From Lepidodermella squamata (Eukaryota; Animalia; Gastrotricha), in contig JBLDXI010000038.1 of NCBI GenBank assembly GCA_047495785.1, positions 372,001 to 436,000 of the forward strand: a stretch of 64,000 nucleotides of DNA, read 5' to 3'. The number at the start of each line of letters is the position of its first letter. Position 1 is the first letter of the stretch. A model generated the notes under the pieces. The model worked only from the letters and a program-made list of their open reading frames with translations. It had not been told where the DNA came from and ran no database searches. Positions 23,706 through 36,213 of this stretch are shown here, one piece after another. The position numbers and the translations under genes are program-made.

Positions 23706-25953
23706 GCGAACTCAAACCGAAGAAATATCATTGCTGGAATTACATTGATATAACCTTATAATATAACTTCCCTTTCTTTCTAAACGGTAATTTTAGAAAA
23801 AGGAGATGCCCATGATCTGTTGTGCTCGAGACACAAACTGCTTGGATCAGTTTTTAATATAGCCGTAAGATTGCTGCCCGTGTATCGACCTGTTGTGTGT
23901 TTTTCAACTCTCTAATTTAATTACAAAGCCATGCATTTGTCGATCTTGACAACAGAAAAAAATCTGCTCACATTTGTGGTTTGGTTCATTTTCATAGTTG
24001 AAATGTAATGAATAAAAAAGAATAACAATGAGAATAATAACCGAAGTTAATCTACCTTCTTTTGTACCTATTCAACACTGGCTTAAAAATAGAGTTGCTC
24101 TATTGTTGGATTTGCTCGTCGTAGGCGGCGGCTAAATCGTAGTACGGAGGCGGGACATTTAGAAATATATAGTGTCGCGACGTGGGCGCAGTTGTGGCGC
24201 CAGTGGCTGGCTATTGCGTCAACGCCTAAAGCCGTCTGGTGGGAAGAGACACACTTATGCGATAAGAAGCTGCAAAGAATTATTAGCTTTGGCATTATTC
24301 CGTTGACCTTGACAGCGTTTTTAAACCAATAATTACAAATTACAACTTTCTTGACCCTTTCAATTTGACCCCTTTCTCGTTTTCCTCTCTTATAATGGAC
24401 GTTAATAGCCAACTGACTGGCAGAGTCTTTAGTCTCAAGCGATGAAATCATTATGAATCAAAAAATTCCTGTACGGGATTGTTGATCCGTGACTTCAAAA
24501 TTGAGTGGGCTGCCAAAAAATGATAATGCTACGCACTATAACCACTATAACTATAGAGAAACGAGAGGTGTACCAGCATTCACTTATCTTGCTAAGGTCG
24601 CAATTTTTTACGCTGCTTGCGATTACTTCATATTATCGTGCTCGTACGAGTAGACTTCATTAGTTGTAATTATTCAACTACGGGAACCTCCCACCCTAAA
24701 TGTAAGGTCCAGCTATTAGGTCAAAGACGCCCATTTTTAGGAATATCCCCAAAGTGCGAAGTGCGAAAGTGATGTTTTTTATTGATTTCATGTTTACGAC
24801 GCCTGCGCTATGTGACCTTTGTCCTTTCGTGTTATTTATTTCCCCATCGAGAAAATTCTGCTCGGTTACTTTTTGACGTCACCTTGGACAATAACTTGTC
24901 TCGGGTAGCTCAAAAGCGTGTGCGGTCGCTTAAAGCCGCTTTTGGCTGCCGCAAGCACCTCTATTCTTTTAAGGAAGTTTGTCCATCCTAAACGTCGTGT
25001 CTATTGAATCATTCTTCTTGAGCTGTCTTGAGCCACTTGTACGGCTGAATCACCACATCTAATAATACATAAGGTTTTTCGGGTTGCAATAATAATATTG
25101 TAGGTACCTTTACGTGAAGCGAATGCTGTAGTTGCTGTTTACTCTCAGAAGTTTTTGCAAATTGCCATATCACTACACTACAGATCACGTCTCATTATTT
25201 TACGTAGCTAGATCAAAAATAGGCCGGCGTTAAGGCGGGTGAATCCATGCCAGGCATATGGCCGCGCGCCTCTCATTTTGCGAGTAGGCGTGCGTGTTAC
25301 TTGCCGTCACTAGGTATGACGACGAAAGGCCACGACTATTTACCATCGCCTCCATTCAATATTTTAGCTCGCAAAAAGCTTTGTTTGATTTATGCCTGTT
25401 CTATAAATAATTTTCTGATATTTAATCATAGCATTCGTCATGCGACATTGTTCATAGCTCATAGCCATACAATTATTGTTGTCTGATAAGTCGGCAACTT
25501 TTTTAGGGCTTGTAAAACACGCCTTTTTAATTTCCTATTTCCATTAATGCGGGCTATAGCGGTCACGCCCACAACTACCAATGAACACATGCCGCGAGGT
25601 CCGCAGTTGGACCCACGCGCATAAATCACGACTTGAGGACTACAATCGTAGATTCAAGTGTGTCCACTCCCTGCAATATCATCGTCGCCCATCGATAATC
25701 TGACCGGCATTTGTTGTTTGCGTAATAATTCTTCTACCGATACCAAGACACACGTGATTTTTTACGAGTCTCAGGTGCCTTCTGCCGTATCGGCGTGCAC
25801 CCCCGCGCCGTAGTACACGTGAAACCAGCCCTCGAGTTGTTTGCTGTCGAACTTATTTAACCGTCTAAAATAGTGCATTTTTCCATTCGTTTCAAATAGG
25901 CATCTAATTACAATTATTATAATTTAATTTCTACACAAACAACTCGGCAAAAC

Positions 25954-26490
25954 ATGAATATCAACATGATCAATCTTTTTTTCCTTCTTTCACTCGCTGC
26001 TGCGACGTATGGCGCGATCGAGAGCGATGATGCGCAATCTTCAGAGAAGCTCCTCAATCGTGAGAAGCGATCAAGTTTGATGGCTCAAATTCTTTACGAT
26101 GAGTTGCGGCTTCGACTTCGCGGCGATCAAGCAAGATCGCCTTCCAATCAACATCGGCGGGTAGCGGCAGCTTCGATGATGCGAAAGCGGCGATCGACAA
26201 CACCCCTCGTCCGCGACCTTCTTTCATCATGGGCCGATTCGGCTGACCAGAACTACGCCAGCAAGTACAACGGAGACAGTCAAGTTGTTGAGGAATTGCA
26301 AGATGAAGTAAAAGATTTGTCTCGAAAATTGTAAGTTTCTCACCAACACCTCCTCGATTCTGAGTTGATGATTTCTTTGTTATCTAGGATTAAACGAAGT
26401 CTCATGGCGATGATTTTGAAGGATACTTTGAAGCATCGGCTTGAAGAGGAGAACAAACCAGGCCGGCATCGGGACATTGTGTGGGGGTAA
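25954..26490 (+). CDS. Neuropeptide/prohormone precursor with two related peptides
   Basis: Signal peptide; KR/RKRR sites; exons 25954-26330 and 26388-26490; peptides KR-SSLMAQILYDELRLRL... and KR-SLMAMILKDTLKHRL...DIVW-G-stop (amidation glycine). Confidence 0.75.
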
Positions 26491-28127
26491 GTGGTTCAAA
26501 CTGACCTATTGACATAACCCGATTACTAAACTGAATCGTTGCAACGTTTGTCTTCTTCTAATTCGCACCCCGCTCAACTAAAAAGGCAAGACGAAGCTCG
26601 CGACTTTAGAACGATATACAGGACTTACATTAGGCACCTGTTGGCCTGAAGATTCAAGGATCTTCTGAATCTAGTGCTCTATTTTTGTAGTCATATATTG
26701 TCTGTGAATCAAAAAATTGCATTTAATCAGCATGCAGCTACTGTGCGCAAGTTTATATACATTATTTTCAAAACTTTTTTACAAAGTGCTTTCACGCAAT
26801 GTAGACCTTGTAAATAAACGCTTTCGTTTTGACGAATAAAATTCGAAGTGAAGTACCCTGGGGAAGCAAGGCTTTTTACTAATGCTGGAAACTAACAGTT
26901 AGAAAAACAAAATAATGATGAGAATTATTTGTAATATAGAAAAGCGGCGAGAAACGACAAGGACAAGTTGTCAGAACAAGCGATCGAAGCGTTAGCTGAT
27001 GCTACGTCGATCGAATTCGAAGACAACTCCAGCTTCGGCCAAGCAGACGAAGAAGCGCCGATATCGATTGTCATTCGGCCGAAAGCTGGCCAGGCGTGAT
27101 ATGTGGCGAAAAAACTTCTGCTGCTGACTTCCAAGTGTTTCAAAACCAGCTCGATTTAACTGATCCATCGAAGCGAAAAGTCTCGCTGCATAATCGTCTA
27201 GTCTTCATCTTGTTCAAAAGATTTGTTCCTCGCTGCGTCTCGTTGTTGTTGGTGCTGCTGCTGCTGCTGTTTATGATTATTACGGTGATGGCTGGCCATC
27301 CGATCGGCGGCCAGTACAAATCGATTGCATATTTTTTCTATCTCGTTTTTTGCACTTTGCTTGTTCGCTAGTAATTTATACAAATTAGTTTCTTTTAACA
27401 AATTTCCAAAATGCCTTGATTATTCGAAAAAATATCCCGAGAGATTTTTTAATCCATTTTCTAGTCGCAATAACAATGGTTAGGAAGGTGATCGCAGTAA
27501 TTCCTTATAAAGTGCATAATTATTTGAAATTGACGAATAAAAACGCAATATTCTCATTGTCTTGGTGACAAAGCTTTATTGCATTAATGGATTTCGGTTG
27601 ATCTCGCAACTCGCCGATATGCAGTTTCCGTCCACTTCGCTTCATTAGTTCAAGCAACATTATCAAGGTGGCGATTCATGCAAAAAACAAGTAGGAAGTG
27701 TATTGAAAAATCACGAGTAAAAATGCGGCAATATGTAAGCAGTTTTATGTAGACACCTGTGCCTCATTTGGACTAGATTATAAATATTCGACTTGAATAA
27801 ACTTGATAGCACCCCTGATGGAGGTTTTCGAGGTAAGAAGGTACGAAAAAATATTCAGATGGCCATTATTACAACATATGATCACCTCAAGGTTAGGCAC
27901 AAAATAATTTATCCTGGTGTCACGTCAACGACAAACGCAAACCTGATGAAAACATACAGGATAGAAAACAGCAGAAAGCAGGTAAATGTTAACGATAACT
28001 TGGGAGCATGTAAAACGTATCATCGGATTGTTTTCATTAGATTTTGACTTTGTTATTATATGTTTCATATCGTCGTTTCCGTTGAGGCGTTTTGTTCAAC
28101 CATGGCTTTGAAACTTCTTGATTATGC

Positions 28128-31100
28128 TCAAAGGCCACGCGCGTGAGTCGAGCAGTACGGCTTGTTGTTTTTCATGACGAAGCCGCGGTTGGCGAGGGCA
28201 CACTGGCACGTCGAGCAGGCGAAGCACGAGTCGTGGTAGTTTTCGCCGGCCGCCTCGACCCATCGATCTCCCGGTTCGATCGGAAAGTCGCAGCCCTTGC
28301 ATTTCGTCTGAAACATGCTGGCGTAATCTAGTTTATAGCGCAAAATAATCAGTAGTTCGGTTAAAAATACTCGGATGATCAACCTTTTTCGCAATAGGGC
28401 TTGCCATCCTCCACGTGGAACAACCCACCCGCAATCGATTTGTTGCAATGGGCGCACGTGAAGCAGTCAGTGTGCCACTCGGCACTCAGCGCCTTAACGA
28501 TGGTCTGTTAAATTGCAAGGAAAAATTGAACGAAATTGCGCGTTCGAATACAAATTTATAGGCCTTACTCCAATAATGGCTTGCCGGCAGCGGTGGCATC
28601 GCGGCGCCATATGACGGGCATAGTCGTCCTCGCAGTAGATATGACCATCCGGGGTTTCGACGAAGCCTATGTCAACCATATCGCAGCCGCACTATAAGAT
28701 TAAACGAAAAGATTGATTAGGTCCTTTATCATCAGTCTCCGGAATGTCTTCAAATTGCCCTCTCGCCCCTTATATCACCTTCTCCCTAGGAAATACGAAG
28801 ACGCCGATAACTTCAATTGCAGCACGATATCCGGAGGTAGAACTTGCCATATTTATCATCTTTTTCATTTATTTCGATCAGTAATATTGTATGGCTCAGA
28901 ATTTCTTGCGCAATTGATCGGTCATTATTTTTTCCCCCGGGGCCTCAATTGTAGGAGAAATATTTCCATGCGACATTCCGCTGCGATGAATCAAAGGTTA
29001 AACACCCCACTCTGGTCTTTTAATTAGCTTTCATTGCCTAACTTATAACTATCGTTTGTTTTACGGGGGAATGCAGATAACGGCCTCGTAGTTGGCTAAG
29101 CCTAGAATACGCGCGACAGCCTACCTTGTCGCACAAAAAGTGTTCAGGACACCAGGTCTTGTCAAGCGCAATGACGAACGGGCCGCGGATGTTGCGGCTG
29201 CATCGGTGGCAGATGGGCACGCGAGCCGCCGGATTGGCAGCCAGTTGCCGAATCGCAGCGCCCGGGCGGAAGGCGCGCGGCTGGTGAGGCATTGGCGGCG
29301 GGCTCGTGACAGAAATCGGCCTCGGGCCAGGGCTGCGGCGAGGCACAGGTACAGGCGGCGGCGCAAAATTATCAGGCGCCGGCCGGCTGATGAACGGTAT
29401 CGGATTGCGAACGACGGGCGTCGAAGCGCTGAAAATAAATTAAAAGTTAGTTTGTTAAATGTTGATAAGTAAAGGACTGGAAAAAATTGCGCAAATTCGT
29501 TAAAACATATGCAGAAAGAATAGAGAAGGCGTTAGGGTGCAGTAAAATTATACACGCAAGTTGAAACAAAAAAACCACGCCATATCTTACTCAAATCATG
29601 CGTATGTCGTCATGCTTTTTTCTGAAAATGGATAAATCAACATTCATAAGCACTTATTTGGTCGCGGAATAGAATTGATGCGCTGTAAATTAAAATAAGC
29701 CTCGCCCATGAGCCCACACAACTGTAGCTGCTTCAATGACTTCCTTTACCTTGGGGAATGCGAAAATGGTTGCGGCGATGCAGTTGAGGTAGAACTGGGA
29801 CGAACAGGCAGTGTTACACGATGTTCTTCTTCTTTATCTTGAACTTCGCTGCTTTCGTCCTCCGCCTCGTCGATCCTTTCAAAGTTGCTTCTGCTGTTCG
29901 CAACAAGCTCGCTGTCGCTTTTAACCGTAGGACGGAAGTAGTCTGGGGCAACGGGGGCATACCATTGAGGCTGAGGCCGAGGAATTTTCGGCTCTAAAAT
30001 AACCAAGCTCGGTATTAAGAAAAGTAACGGAACAATTAAATTCAAACCTTCCTCGCCCGAATCAAGCATGTTCTGCAATATGAGAAAGGATCTAGATTGA
30101 GTCGATTGTCTACGAGAAGGGCACCAAATACTAGGCCGTATCGCTGACTTGGATGGATCATCGTTTGGTGCAGAGCTACTTTTACCAACAGAACTATTTT
30201 CATTACGGGCTGAAATATTGCTTTCTTGTTTTTTCGCGTTGAATTCATCGACAACGGCTTCGATTTCCTTAGGCCTTTCTCTCTCATATAATTTACCAAC
30301 AGCTTGCCGAAAGGGCTTGGGATAACTTGCTGGCCTCAAGCCAAACTCATTTACTTTATCCGGAGCTTTCAATTTCTCAGTCATTTTTTCAACAGATCCA
30401 TTGTCACCGCTTAAATCACATCAGCCATGCCATATAAGTCAACATGCAAAAATATGAAAAACTCAAGCCATGCGGTCTGATTTCTTTTTTCTCTCATAAA
30501 TATCTTTCAGTAAAGATTTACCTTCTGGTTTCATACGATTCCGTCACGGTGGATGACGAGGCCTGTAGTAAATAAGCAAATCCGAATATTAGTATTGCTT
30601 TGAGTTGTGCCAATCATTTATATTAACTGGAACAGTGTTATTATACCTATAGAGAAGTTATGGACGCAAGAACCCCAAGCGCCTACGCCCGATAGCCGGC
30701 AGAAAAATCCGCAACGTTGCCCAAACACCGGCAATACTACAGAACTGACGAATATTTTTTTTCGTACGTGTTTATACGCGAGCAGTGCGTTTGCCGCGTG
30801 TGAGATACAGTATTAAATTATACGAGGCAATCTGTTCCGAGTCGAGCATTTGTGGCTAGCTGATCTAACGCAGCCCAATAGCATCACGTATAAATGCAAA
30901 TTTCGCTTTTGACCAGTATATGCCGAATACTAGCATCGGCGATGTTTTCGTACGATGATGCGAACGCATCTATAAACTGTTAAAGGGGAGAGAGATACCG
31001 TAAGCCAAAGGCCAGTTTAGCAGCCGCTGTGCGCCACTCACAATCTACACGAATATAACGCGAGCGGTTCTATTATATACCATCACACCAAATTGTCTAT

Positions 31101-31779
31101 AAGTCCGCAAAAGGCATGTGAATGCCGCTCGTTTATACCTATCGCGTTTATACTTCGAAGCGGTAAAAAATACGATGATATGAAGGAAAGTTAGAAATTT
31201 CATGCATTGCGGCTAATTGATAAAACAAATAATCACTAAACCTATGCTGACAAGTAAATCAAACCTCGTGAGGAGGATACGGTGACCGAACGTTACCAGC
31301 AGCACTTCTCGACCAGGTAGCAGTGCTGGCCGTGGCTCGATCTTCGTCATCATAGGCAGCACTACCCCGAGCCTCGTCAAAGGCTTGTCTGTTGAAATTA
31401 AAAACAAGAAACAAATACAGAATGCGTTGAGGTTTAGAGGATTTACCTCTGCAGATCTAGTTTTAAATAATTTCCAGCTCTCAATATGGCATTGTGAGCA
31501 TCTTCATGACGCATGTGTGCCGTATTTTCTCCGCAAATAGAGCGCACAGCATCCCCAGGCCGAAGACCGCAACGATCTGCCAAGCTACCAACTACCACCT
31601 TGGAAAATAAATCATTCATATGTGGCTATGGCCAAAAAATGCCAAGATACCCGCTCAATGACAACGCTCGAATTAAAATCGGCACCGCCTCGAAGCCGAA
31701 AACCCCATGTTGTCGAACTGTCGGAGCGCTGAAGAGTAGCACTTATAATGGCGGAGGCACCGTAGCCACCGTGACTCAT
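28128..31779 (-). CDS. PDZ and LIM domain protein, Enigma/ZASP type (PDZ + three LIM)
   Basis: ATG 31779; PDZ 'WGFRLRGGADF...VGSLADRCGLRPGD'; 'QSRSFLILQ' ALP/ZASP motif; three LIMs 'PICHRCSRNIRGPF..WCPEHF', 'APRCHRC..WHTDCFTC', 'KCKGCDFPIEPGDRWVEA..YHDSCFAC..KPYCSTHA'. Confidence 0.9.
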
Positions 31780-33504
31780 TGGTTTAAGCACAACTCTAAT
31801 ATAAATCGAATGGGAAATACATTGTTTCAGAATTGAGCAAATAAATTGCAAATGAGTTGTTTCTAATTAAACCATCAGCGATAAAATAAAAAGAATGAAC
31901 CGCTATAAACCAATCACAAATTAACCCCTCCATCCTTCGAAACCCAATTCGCCTCTTGAAAACGCGTTTTTTTATAAATGCTGTTCAAGAACATGGATAC
32001 AGATTAGAAAGCTATTCCCTCTTTATCCTCAGTCAAAAATAGTACACTGTACACATACATAATACTATTTCCATAACAGAATTCGTCTTCTCATGGGAAA
32101 CAGCACTGCAATTATAACAAGACGCCGGTGAATGAGATTCGAAGACGCACCAAGTATAAATGTCAGCGGTCAGCGGTAGCGGCAAACATTCTAAGACGGC
32201 ACTTCAGACATTTCGTTATCGCGAACAAGTAAATACCGGGATCATCAATCAGACTGGATGAATGTTGGAAAAAGCGCTGCTTCTGTGAGAAAGCCTATGA
32301 GAAGGCTCTGAGGGAGAGTTGGCGAACAGAAAAAACAGAAAAAACGGGCACCTCACTTTCACCTGAGAATAGGGGAGACATCTCATAAAATTACTCAACA
32401 ATTTGTCATGTGTTAGAAGTAGGCTGTAAGACAAATGACTTGAACTTGGTATGCCAACGCTACAAGATTACAAAGTTAGCAATAAAGAAAGCGTAGCATT
32501 CAACATATGAACAAGTGGAGCTATGGCGGTAGTTTAGGGTGCCAGATGCCAGATCCTCATTGGTTTTCACCGGGAAAATGGACCCAGACCTCACTGGCGC
32601 CTTCTAACCCACAAGTCATATAAGCACGATAAGAATCGACAAAACAGAAAATACCGAACTCTGCTTTGCACCACCAGCAGAGTTTCATTTCATGAATGAA
32701 CAATAAATGAATGTAATGAGTCATTAAAAGCAATGAAAAATCAATGATTCAATAAGGTATTGCGCTAAGTTTGGCCGCAAGATAATCAAATCAACAGGTG
32801 AAATTGAAATTCAGGACATACCGCCAAATCGCGCGAAATCTATGCAAATTCAAATTTTAATTTTCATATAATTATTCAACCAATTAATATGTTATCGAAG
32901 CCATTTTTAAATGATCGACAAAAATATTGGTGAAAAACTTAATCGGGGCGCTGAGTTTTTTGGCGCCGAAATATTTTTGAACTTTCTTGGAAAAACGTTG
33001 TATTATTGGTTTGGTTGAAGAGGTCAGGGTCCCGTCCTTTTCACTTGCCCTATGCAGTTGCGTATATTAAAAGCAAACAAATGGTGCTGGAAAGGCTCAA
33101 GAGCTCAAAGAAAAGAAAATGGCCATCGGTACGTAGCGGGCGCTGAACGTTGAAGACTGGAAGCTAGAAGTTGGAAGAGTGACCCACCGTATCCTCGGTC
33201 GGCATTAAGAAGAAAGAAGATCGTCAAAGATCCGATCAAGATACGGAGATCAAGTTCCATTATTTAAGCTATAACTATGCATGCGCTGATCACTTAGCGA
33301 TCACTCACTCTGAACATATTTCGCTGGGCAAAATGTTCAGTTGTGGTTGATGCAACAGCCGCGGTGGCTTAAGTAATCGAGAAGACCGTACTATTATAAG
33401 TATATTTTCTGCAGTCCTTTGATAACGAATCGGAAGACGGAACCCTTTTCTTTAGTCGTTTTCGTATTATTATATTTCCTCTGCTTAGGTTGTTTTGATA
33501 ATTA

Positions 33505-33782
33505 ATGGTTAATGTCACCGAAGGTGCACTTGTTGAGTGGTAATTTTATTATTGGCACAATTGTAATGTTTGATTGATTTTAATATTTCAAATCGTAGCG
33601 ATCCTGCAATAAAGCAGTTTCTTCTCCATCTTGACGATACCCTCGCACTTGGCAAACGATTTGTGATCGAAGATCTCGACTCTACGCATCTGTTTGTTCA
33701 GCCCGACGTAGTAGCTAGTTTGGAAGTCAAAATTGACGAATTCTTGGAAAAGCTTACCTTTCCACTCGGAATCAAAGAATAA
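33505..33782 (+). CDS. GTF2H5: TFIIH subunit p8 / TTD-A / Tfb5
   Basis: Exons 33505-33539 and 33599-33782 give [25 protein letters not shown]...FVIEDLDSTHLFV. Confidence 0.95.
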
Positions 33783-33793
33783 CTCGTCTAAAA

Positions 33794-35929
33794 ATGAATC
33801 ATGAAGTGACTCCTGAAGAAGAATGGACTCGGGTTTCGCAGGATGTTTTAGTGTTATCGTGTGAGCATTTCGCCTCATGGGCTCTCAACGCCTTTGTTTC
33901 AAACTGGAAAGTTGATAAAACGGGGACAAATGTTGCACATAGACTTTGTACCGAATTGCTGATGTTGTCTCCGGCTCCCGTTGAAAATATTCCTGCTGGT
34001 ATGTATATGCACTTGCCCCGTGTTGAATATATACCGCAACATTTTTGTTAAATTAGATGCTGACTTTTCTCGATTGTGTCTTTACGCCACCTCCGAATTG
34101 GTTTATCACTATTCGTCAGTGCTAGATTTCCAAAGCTCCGATTCCAGTCAACAGGATGCAAATAGCGAGCCAAGTGATGAGGATTTAGGAAATTTACTAT
34201 CGTTCGGCCGCATATTGATGCGTCATTACTCATTGCAAAATAACCCTGCGAATGTGGAGAAGGTCAAATCCATTGTAAATGACCTGTGTGCGACATACTT
34301 GAAAATTTACAATGAGAAAGACTTCGTCGCTCAAATGCGCAAGCTTTGGTCTCAATTTTCGCAATCGAAGTTTGGAGACTTCAACAAAATGAAGTCGAGA
34401 CGTCCTAATTTGTCGAAAGTTCGGGAGAACCTAGAAAGCATTGCATCGACAGCGCTATCGGCTGTTTCCAACCCGCTCTTGTTTAACATGCTCACTCGTA
34501 CTCACAACTTGCTAATTGAGAACGAGATGGGGAGCGCAGCGGCTGGAGTTGCTAAAAAACCAGCCGATATTGAAAGCACAGTTGACCCCAATCCGACTGC
34601 TCCCGTAGTCTCAGCGATCGACGTTGCATCTGCTCTGCCGGTTGATTCGAAAGATATCGCTAAAATTCCCAATCTGTCTCATGAACAGTTATCCAAACTC
34701 CACATCACTTTTTCATCTGACAAAAAGCCCTTGCCTAATGCAATTCCTGATCCTGATAAACAATGGCTCTCTTCGGCCCGAGAATATTTCTCAAAAAACC
34801 CGGTAAATAGAGCAATTCAGTTTGAAGCACCGACCCCTCCTTCTGAAGTTCTTGATGCGATAAGCCCGGAAAGACCGCCGAAGCCGTATGCCTTACAGAT
34901 TCCATGTCACTCCGTATTAACGTTATTTAATTTCAGAACTCGCTCCAAAGTTGTTGACATAATGGAGAGAAAACCGATGAAAAAGCGCCCAGCTGATCAA
35001 TTAGAAGTGTTACAGCCGTCGTCTCGTGATCAGTCTCCCCGATCTAAAGTCGTACGGCCGGAACCTGTCTCGGCAGGTAAAAACACGTCAATGTCGCCGT
35101 CATTCTCCGAGTGCCTGGTTTCGGAAACCCCGGAAAAAGCAGCAAGCAAACAGTAAATTTACTCAAGATTTCGATATGTTATTGTGATATTATTTGTTTT
35201 AGACCCAAAACGGCCTTGGCTACAGTAACGACACCGACAAATGAAACTAATGCCTGCTTGCGAGCTCTTGTTAGGGGCGTTACGCGAAGGCTGAACGCCG
35301 ATAAGCCCCCTGAAAGCCATCAACAACATGTTCCCCCTGCTCAGGAAGCCCCTGCTAAAAAACCCATTCCTGCTGCTGTGGTACCCGCCCAACTCTCAAA
35401 CATTCCGTCCACTTCAGCTTACTTCCAAGTGCCGGCGCCGCCGCGAGTGAGACCGACTCAGCAGAAGTCAAAGGAATTGGCTGCTGTTGCTCAGCATGGA
35501 TCTGCTGACAATCGCAGCAAAACTGCTAGTAATGCTAGCGAACAAATTACTGCGCAATCTGAGAAATCGGTCGAGCCTAACATTACTCGCTGTGACCCCA
35601 GCACACCGAGCGTGGCCGTCCGTCCTACCCTTAAAGAACGCGTTGGCTGCCCTGTTCCCTCGAGTGATAGCGACAGTGATGACGATGCAGTTCACGTTTC
35701 GGATGAAAGTGACCATGATGATTTGCAGGCCAGCCAGAGACACCGGAAAAAACGTCGACCTTGGACTACCGAGGAATATCGAGCTGTTGTACAGGGCGTG
35801 AAGCGGTTCGGCGAAGGCAAATGGCGTGAAATTCAGCTGTATTATCCTTGTCTGAAAAGTAGGACCAATGTTGGTGTTAAGGATGCCTATCGCAACGTTA
35901 TGCGAAACCCTCAGCTTCTCAAGCAGTAA
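33794..35929 (+). CDS. Telomeric repeat-binding factor (TRF1/2)-like protein with C-terminal telobox Myb
   Basis: C-terminal 'RRPWTTEEYRAVVQGVKRFGEGKWREIQLYYP..RTNVGVKDAYRN'; helical N-terminal region and disordered linker; introns 33999-34056, ~34886-34936, 35153-35202. Confidence 0.7.
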
Positions 35930-36213
35930 ACTTGCCGTTTTCATTTATCCAATCCCAGTTGGTATATAGTAATTATCACTCTCTGTACCGCATTCCAATT
36001 GTACCTATATCCGGTATCGGGGTTGTTGATGCTTCGCTCAAAGCTCATGACGGTGTTGATTGTCATTCTTAAATATGCTGTGTACATGACACTGCTCGTA
36101 TTATCTTTTAATTAAATTTGAGTTTGATCATAATTTCATACGATTTTAACCATTAGGTGTTGTTTTAATTTTGAACTACGCATCCTGCATACAGTCGTAA
36201 GCCTGCCCCTCCA

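Noticed and set aside
26925-27401. Coding-looking stretch with short ORFs on both strands (poly-Leu / poly-Gln)
   Set aside because: No consistent spliced model or recognisable family; hydrophobic run derives from a CTG/TTG repeat. Unresolved, possibly a decayed gene.
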